Assembly (NCBI GenBank): GCA_022844165.1
Contig: JALHMH010000040.1
Coordinates: 1-39,846 of the forward strand
Origin: Lysobacterales bacterium
Lineage (GTDB): Bacteria; Pseudomonadota; Gammaproteobacteria; Xanthomonadales; SZUA-5
Length of the DNA: 39,846 nt
Reading direction: 5' to 3'
A program made the position numbers and the translations under genes. How positions within the stretch are numbered: position 1 is the stretch's first letter; the number at the start of each line of letters is the position of its first letter. This document shows, in pieces, positions 34,881 to 39,846 of this stretch. Under the pieces are notes generated by a model. It did no database searches, was not told the DNA's origin, and saw only the letters and a list, made by a program, of their open reading frames with translations.

Positions 34881-36725
34881 TCATCGACAGCCGTACAAGC
34901 GCCCCGTGGCCGCAACCGTTGCGGCAAACTCGGTCGGAATTCCTGCGGGGGGCGAGAGCCCGCCGATCTGGCAAACGCCCTCCGCATTTTCCAAGTACGC
35001 AGAGAAGAAAGTGGCGAGGTTCTCACCGATGAAAGTACGGACGCCGGGCGTGCCGGTATTGGGGCTGCCGCCCATTTCAAGATGGTCTTGCTGATCGATG
35101 ATGATCTGGATGCGATCCTGAGCGTTGGTCAGGCGACTGAAGGGTTGCAGGCGCCAACCGGTGCTGATGAAGGCCCCGGTGCCGCTGCTGTCGAGTTCGT
35201 CGCGCCCCAGCAGGATGAAGGTCGGCACGGTAACGGTCAGCCAGGTGTTGTCGTTTGGTCCGTTGTCGAAGGCCAGGAACTCTTCGCCCACGCCTTGCGG
35301 CGAAATGGGTGCCATCGCCACCACGCGCGGGTCGCGGAACACGCCGTACGGATAGGTTGCGCCGCCCAGCGCCATGCTGGTGTAGGCGCCCGCCGAATGT
35401 CCGGTATGACCCACCCGTTGCGTGTCTACCCGCCCGATGAAGCCAGCCGGCAGCGGCAACGCGCCGGCCGCGATACGGTCGATCAGGAAGCTGACGTCCG
35501 CAGGACGATCGAGGCGATGCTGCTCCAGCGTCCCAGAGTTGCGATGGCCGACGACAACAGCGACGAATCCCGCCCGCGCAAGCGGCTCGGCGATATGCGT
35601 GAAGTTGGTGAGTTCGACGCCCGGATTGTTTGGATTGGTGCCCAGTCCACCATGGCTGATCAGCACCAGCTTGCGTGTCCCGATGGCATTCAATGGCGCG
35701 AAGATCCGAGCGCCCACTTCCCGATTGCCGCGCGCGGTGTCGTTCAATTCGACTGCCCGGCTGGCGAATTCGAACGGCGGCCGATTGCTTGGCTCGAAGC
35801 CGGATGCGAAGTAGCGATCGACGCCCAATCGCGCGTCCTTCAGGCGCAGCCAAATTTCTTCCGCGATCTCGATGTCCCGGTTCTGGCGGCCGGCCAGCGG
35901 ATATTGGCGCGACGGCGGCGAGTGTCCGCCGTCGATTGCCACCAGCGCGGTCAAGTCCGCATTCGCCGGGCAGGTGAAATCATGCACCTCCACGGTCGAC
36001 TCATCGGTGGGATCCAGATCCGGAAGGGTGCTGATGCTGGGCGTGGTGTCACAGCCGGCCCACGCCAAGAATCGATCACGCGCGGTTGCGAAAGTCTCGT
36101 TGCGCGCGCTGCCCGTGAAAGGGATCAAGGGATCGAGGGTGCCAACCTGCATCACGATGGTCGATGGGTTGGCCGGAAACCGCGCGCATTCCTGTGCGGT
36201 ATCGACCGGCGGCAGCGCGATCACGCCGCCGTGCCCTGCGTAGCGTGCCGACTGCTCCAGTGCCAGCCGGTAGCTCATCAGCCCGCCGTTGGATGTGCCC
36301 GCGGTATAGACTCGCGAAGTGTCGACGTCATAACGCCCTTCGACCTCGCGCAACATCTGCTCCAGAAAGCCGACATCATCGAATGTCGAGGGTGTCCCTG
36401 AATACGCAAACTGTCCACAGTCGTTCCAGTTGCCCGCCACCGAATCGGGATAAAGAACCAAAATGCCCTCGCGGTCGGCAATCCGACGCCAGTGTCCCGA
36501 TGGCCGATTGAGCGCCGCATGGCCTTGCGCCGTTTCGGTGCCGCCGTGCAGGACGACCACGGTCGGCACCGGCCCGGCGGGCAACACGCCGGGTCGGTAC
36601 TCCAGGTAACGGCGCATCAGCCCGTCGTGCATTAAGCTGCGCTCAATCAACATGCCTTGAGCAGAAACGTCGCCGAAGAGGCACAGCGCCGCCAGGCCTT
36701 GCAAAACGCGCAATCGCAATCGCAT
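34881..36725 (-). CDS. Secreted double alpha/beta-hydrolase (PHB-depolymerase/LpqC-like esterase fused to a second hydrolase)
   Basis: Domain 1 VVVLHGG, DDVGFL, GTSNGG, GTLDP, GGH; linker DRYFASGFE; domain 2 ISHG, GHSAG, DHLEM. Confidence 0.85.
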   Translation of the reverse strand: MRLRLRVLQGLAALCLFGDVSAQGMLIERSLMHDGLMRRYLEYRPGVLPAGPVPTVVVLHGGTETAQGHAALNRPSGHWRRIADREGILVLYPDSVAGNWNDCGQFAYSGTPSTFDDVGFLEQMLREVEGRYDVDTSRVYTAGTSNGGLMSYRLALEQSARYAGHGGVIALPPVDTAQECARFPANPSTIVMQVGTLDPLIPFTGSARNETFATARDRFLAWAGCDTTPSISTLPDLDPTDESTVEVHDFTCPANADLTALVAIDGGHSPPSRQYPLAGRQNRDIEIAEEIWLRLKDARLGVDRYFASGFEPSNRPPFEFASRAVELNDTARGNREVGARIFAPLNAIGTRKLVLISHGGLGTNPNNPGVELTNFTHIAEPLARAGFVAVVVGHRNSGTLEQHRLDRPADVSFLIDRIAAGALPLPAGFIGRVDTQRVGHTGHSAGAYTSMALGGATYPYGVFRDPRVVAMAPISPQGVGEEFLAFDNGPNDNTWLTVTVPTFILLGRDELDSSGTGAFISTGWRLQPFSRLTNAQDRIQIIIDQQDHLEMGGSPNTGTPGVRTFIGENLATFFSAYLENAEGVCQIGGLSPPAGIPTEFAATVAATGRLYGCR

Positions 36726-36743
36726 GCCTACGCTCCAGTCGGG

Positions 36744-38093
36744 TTATTGGGAAGTGCATCGACTGAACGCGCCGTTGGCGGCTGACTTTCGTCTGCGCTC
36801 GGTGGGGATGCCGGTGGGCGGAAGCAGCGCGCCGATGTCGCAGGCACCGCCGCTTTGTTGCAGATGCACCTGGAAGAAGCGCCGCAGGTTCTCGCCGATG
36901 AAGTTACGCACAGACGGCGTACCCTGGTTCGGCGACCCGCCCATCTCGAGATGGTCCTGGCCATCGATGATCACTTCTACTCGATCCAGCGAGTTGTTCA
37001 TTCGGTTAAAGGGTTGCAGGCGCCAACCGCTGGAAATGAATGCGCCGGTGCCTGAGAAATCGATCTCGTCCCGGCCGATCATCAACGCGACTGGGACCGG
37101 GATGTTTGCCCAGGTGTGATCATCGCCGCCGTTGTCGAACGCCAGGAACTCCTCGCCCACGCCCTGCGGCGAAATCGGCGCGATCGCTGCGACGCGTGGA
37201 TCGCGGAATTGGCCGTACGGGTACCGTCCACCGCCGAGCGCCATCGAGGTATACGCGCCGGCCGAGTGCCCGGCATGGCCGACATTCCTGGTGTCGATGC
37301 TGCCGACGAATCCGGCCGGTAGCGTCAAGCGCCCTTGTTCGATCTGGTCGATCAGGAAGGACACATCGCGCGGCCGATCCAATCGGTGCTGATCGAGCGT
37401 TCCCGAACTGCGATGGCCGACAACCACAGCCACCATGCCGGCGCGAGCCAGCGGCTCGGCGATGTGGGTGAAGTTGGTCAGTTCCACGCCGGCGCTGCTG
37501 GGATTGGTGCCCAGGCCGCCGTGACTGATGAGCACCAACTTGCGAACGCCACGCACACCGACCGGCGCGAACACGCGCGCGCCCACTTCGCGCCCATTGC
37601 GGCTGCTGTCGTTCAGTTCGACGGCTGATGTAGCGATCTCAAAGTTCGGTGTGCCGATGCAGGAAGAACCGGAGATTCGCGTCAGGCGCACCAATCGCAG
37701 CGTTCCATTGCCGAGCGTCGATGTGTAATCCAGATCGAGATGATCGCAGTCCTGAAATCGCGCGGTCGCGGTCGCAAAGGGCGTGCTCACTGGCCGATTG
37801 TTGGGCGCCGCCGCAACGAAGCGAGGCCCGGTTACGCGCTGAAACGTCAGCGAAGTCGCCTCGCCGGTCGCTGGCGCGGTCGCCACCAGCCATAGCGTTG
37901 CACCGGCATTGTCGAACGTGTACCAGGTGACCAGCAAGCTCTGCCGACCTTCGATGTCTACCACCTCAACGACCAAGCCTTGACCGTCGTTGGCCGGGTC
38001 GTACCAGGCGCCGGATAGCGCCGGTTCGACCGGCAGGGCGTTCGCGAAGGAGTGCCAGATGAGCAACAGCGTTGCCAACAAAACAGCGCGCAT
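36744..38093 (-). CDS. Secreted alpha/beta-hydrolase with N-terminal SGAWYDP beta-module
   Basis: Start ATG 38093 gives signal MRAVLLATLLLIWHSFANA; LSGAWYDPANDGQG module, then a hydrolase domain (GHSAG) paralogous to the neighbour. Confidence 0.82.
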   Translation of the reverse strand: MRAVLLATLLLIWHSFANALPVEPALSGAWYDPANDGQGLVVEVVDIEGRQSLLVTWYTFDNAGATLWLVATAPATGEATSLTFQRVTGPRFVAAAPNNRPVSTPFATATARFQDCDHLDLDYTSTLGNGTLRLVRLTRISGSSCIGTPNFEIATSAVELNDSSRNGREVGARVFAPVGVRGVRKLVLISHGGLGTNPSSAGVELTNFTHIAEPLARAGMVAVVVGHRSSGTLDQHRLDRPRDVSFLIDQIEQGRLTLPAGFVGSIDTRNVGHAGHSAGAYTSMALGGGRYPYGQFRDPRVAAIAPISPQGVGEEFLAFDNGGDDHTWANIPVPVALMIGRDEIDFSGTGAFISSGWRLQPFNRMNNSLDRVEVIIDGQDHLEMGGSPNQGTPSVRNFIGENLRRFFQVHLQQSGGACDIGALLPPTGIPTERRRKSAANGAFSRCTSQ

Positions 38094-38235
38094 TCCACAC
38101 CTTCTACCACTGGACATGGGCTGCTCAACGCAGTTGAGCGACTGGCGTTGACGCGACGAACTACTGGCATCCGGCTGAAAGTACGCTTCATGTGGAGAGC
38201 TCTTAAATGTCGTCGAAAGGGCCTTCGGATCAAGC

Positions 38236-39396
38236 TCAGTTGCAGCCCTCAAAGCGATCGTCAAAGACACTTTGCGCAGGAAGCGCCAAGAGCGCGGTAG
38301 CGGCTTCGAGCACGGCAGCGTCGAACGTTGCACTTTCTTCCACGGCATTGATGGCAATGACGACGCCTTTGTTCAGGCGCGGCTGGATGGCAACATAGAC
38401 ATAAAACGTGCCGGCGGAACCCGCGAAGCTGCTGGTGCTTTCGCCGTTGATCAGGTCAACGAACCAAGCCGGTGAAAGCTGCAGACTGGACTGCGGTGTA
38501 TTGAGAAATTGGTAGGTCTGTGGTGTCAGAATTTGGCATTGCCCGCGTAACCCTCGCAGATGCAGTCGCACGGTACGCACGTATTCGTGGACGGTCATCG
38601 TGATGTTACCAGCGGGATTTAAAAACTGCGGGAACTGAAACTCAGGCGCATTCGGGTCGTTGGGAACGAATTCGCCCTCCTCGAAGGTGTGGCCCCAGGG
38701 TTGGGTCAGATTCACCGCTGCGGCGCCGAAAGCCGGCCACTGAAAACGCGGCGGGATTTGCAGCGGCGTCAGTAGTCGATTCGTCAACAGCAATTCGTAG
38801 GTCTGATTCGCAATACGCTCGGCAATCGCTGCCGCGATCGTCAGACCTCCATTCGAATACTGCGCGTCCGCTCCCGGCGCAATATCCGGCGTTTGTTGCA
38901 ACGCCCAGGCGGCGAATTGCTCCCGTTGTTGGCGCGGGGTTCCGGTAAATGAAGGTAGCGCCAAAATGGCGTCCAGATCCAGCACGCCAACGATGCCGGC
39001 CCGATGGGTCAGCAGATCCAGCAAGGTTTTTTTGCGATACGCCGGATGCATGCTCGCAGCCAGGTTTGGCAGCAGATCGGTGAGCGGTGCATTCCAGCTC
39101 AGCTGACCTGCCTCGACCATGGTGGCGATGGTCACCGAGGTCATCGCCTTTTGCAGAGAGCCCAGGTGGAACTGATCGTCTGTTGTGATAGCCGTCGCTG
39201 TGCCTTGCTTGCGAACGCCCGCGGCACCCAGGTCGATTTCGGTGGTGCCGAATGTAGCGACTACCACCCCCGGTGCACCCGTGATCGCCTTCAGCGCCTG
39301 TGCTTGTTGATCGAGTTGGGGCGACGCATGAGCGCCTGGCGCGAACCATGCCAGACAACAAGCCAGACGGGCAACAAGGATGAGAATCGGTTTCAT
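38236..39396 (-). CDS. Secreted serine hydrolase (beta-lactamase/AmpC-like family)
   Basis: SxxK FHLGSLQK, LLTHRAG, YxN QYSN, PAG; start ATG 39396 gives a signal peptide; ends SVFDDRFEGCN*. Confidence 0.88.
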   Translation of the reverse strand: MKPILILVARLACCLAWFAPGAHASPQLDQQAQALKAITGAPGVVVATFGTTEIDLGAAGVRKQGTATAITTDDQFHLGSLQKAMTSVTIATMVEAGQLSWNAPLTDLLPNLAASMHPAYRKKTLLDLLTHRAGIVGVLDLDAILALPSFTGTPRQQREQFAAWALQQTPDIAPGADAQYSNGGLTIAAAIAERIANQTYELLLTNRLLTPLQIPPRFQWPAFGAAAVNLTQPWGHTFEEGEFVPNDPNAPEFQFPQFLNPAGNITMTVHEYVRTVRLHLRGLRGQCQILTPQTYQFLNTPQSSLQLSPAWFVDLINGESTSSFAGSAGTFYVYVAIQPRLNKGVVIAINAVEESATFDAAVLEAATALLALPAQSVFDDRFEGCN

Positions 39397-39527
39397 GACA
39401 CCAACTTCCGCTGTGAAGGAGGTCGGAGCGTGACCGAGCAAAGACGGCGTTGCGTCCACGCCGACTGGGTCGGACGCGCACGCCGTCCTAGTTCATCGGC
39501 TGGATGGTCTGAGATCTTTGGTCGATG

Positions 39528-39846
39528 CTAAGTTATTGATTTGTTGACATGATCCAGAAAACTGCTGCTCAGCAGTGCGCGGCTGCTACTCGGCGTAGTT
39601 CCGCTGATGCGCTTGAATGTTGCGTTGAACGTCGCTTTGGAAGCAAAGCCAGACGCTAATGCGATGTCCAGGATGCTCTGTTGGTCGAACGCAGGATCGG
39701 CGAAGCAGCGTTGCACTTCCTTGACGCGCCAAGAATTGACGTACTCAAAAAAACTCTGCCCGAAGTGTGCGTTTAACGTCTGCGAGAGCGTATGCGAGCT
39801 GATTTGCAGCCGTGAAGCCAGTTCATGCAGGGAGAGTTCTGGCTCC
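39528..39846 (-). CDS. AraC-family transcriptional regulator, C-terminal HTH (5' end beyond window)
   Basis: EPELSLHELASRLQISSHTLSQTLNAHFGQSFFEYVNSWRV...ILDIALASGFASKATFNATFKRISGTTPS. Confidence 0.9.
   Translation of the reverse strand, partial: EPELSLHELASRLQISSHTLSQTLNAHFGQSFFEYVNSWRVKEVQRCFADPAFDQQSILDIALASGFASKATFNATFKRISGTTPSSSRALLSSSFLDHVNKSIT

Noticed and set aside
38094-38357. Upstream extension of the 537-aa track ORF overlapping the serine hydrolase
   Set aside because: Non-protein-like sequence preceding a clear signal peptide at ATG 38093.
38236-39396. Beta-lactam resistance gene
   Set aside because: SxxK/YxN are shared by the broad esterase/peptidase family; the KTG/HTG-type triad is replaced (FAGS), so resistance cannot be inferred.

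Overview
GC-rich bacterial chromosomal segment. Gene content (OleA, type-B L36, tsaP-dprA-smg, rsmI-lpoA-yraN) suggests Xanthomonadales/Lysobacterales; this is inference. Left: a >984-codon secreted multiheme cytochrome c (P460-like domain plus 5 more CxxCH) that runs off the window edge and is missing from the ORF track; a DUF3857/transglutaminase-Sel1-SDR operon; and a DedA/VTT + ColRS-like two-component + DUF4097 unit. Middle: rsmI-lpoA-yraN, a TfoX-N gene, LysM(tsaP-like)-dprA-smg, and an oleA with no oleBCD in the window. The most interesting block is 22.9-32.4 kb. A minus-strand operon encodes a 42-aa Cys peptide, a 917-aa secreted protein, an ECF sigma factor, a membrane anti-sigma-like protein and a signal-peptide-bearing CHAT (caspase-like) protease. 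It faces a divergent 893-aa secreted RIFT-barrel/lyase-like gene. Both units are preceded by the same motif, GYGAGAAAA-N14-TCGTC, 29-30 nt from the ATG, a likely cognate ECF promoter. Four unrelated secreted proteins carry a (F/L)-x-(D/S)-(G/R)-F-E tail (three terminal or near-terminal, one at an internal fusion junction), a candidate protein-sorting or anchoring signal. Right: mscL, ykgO, TPR and YHS proteins, two tandem domain-shuffled alpha/beta-hydrolases, a serine hydrolase and a partial AraC regulator. No rRNA, tRNA, CRISPR array or transposase was recognised. Family calls come from motif recognition by eye, not database searches.
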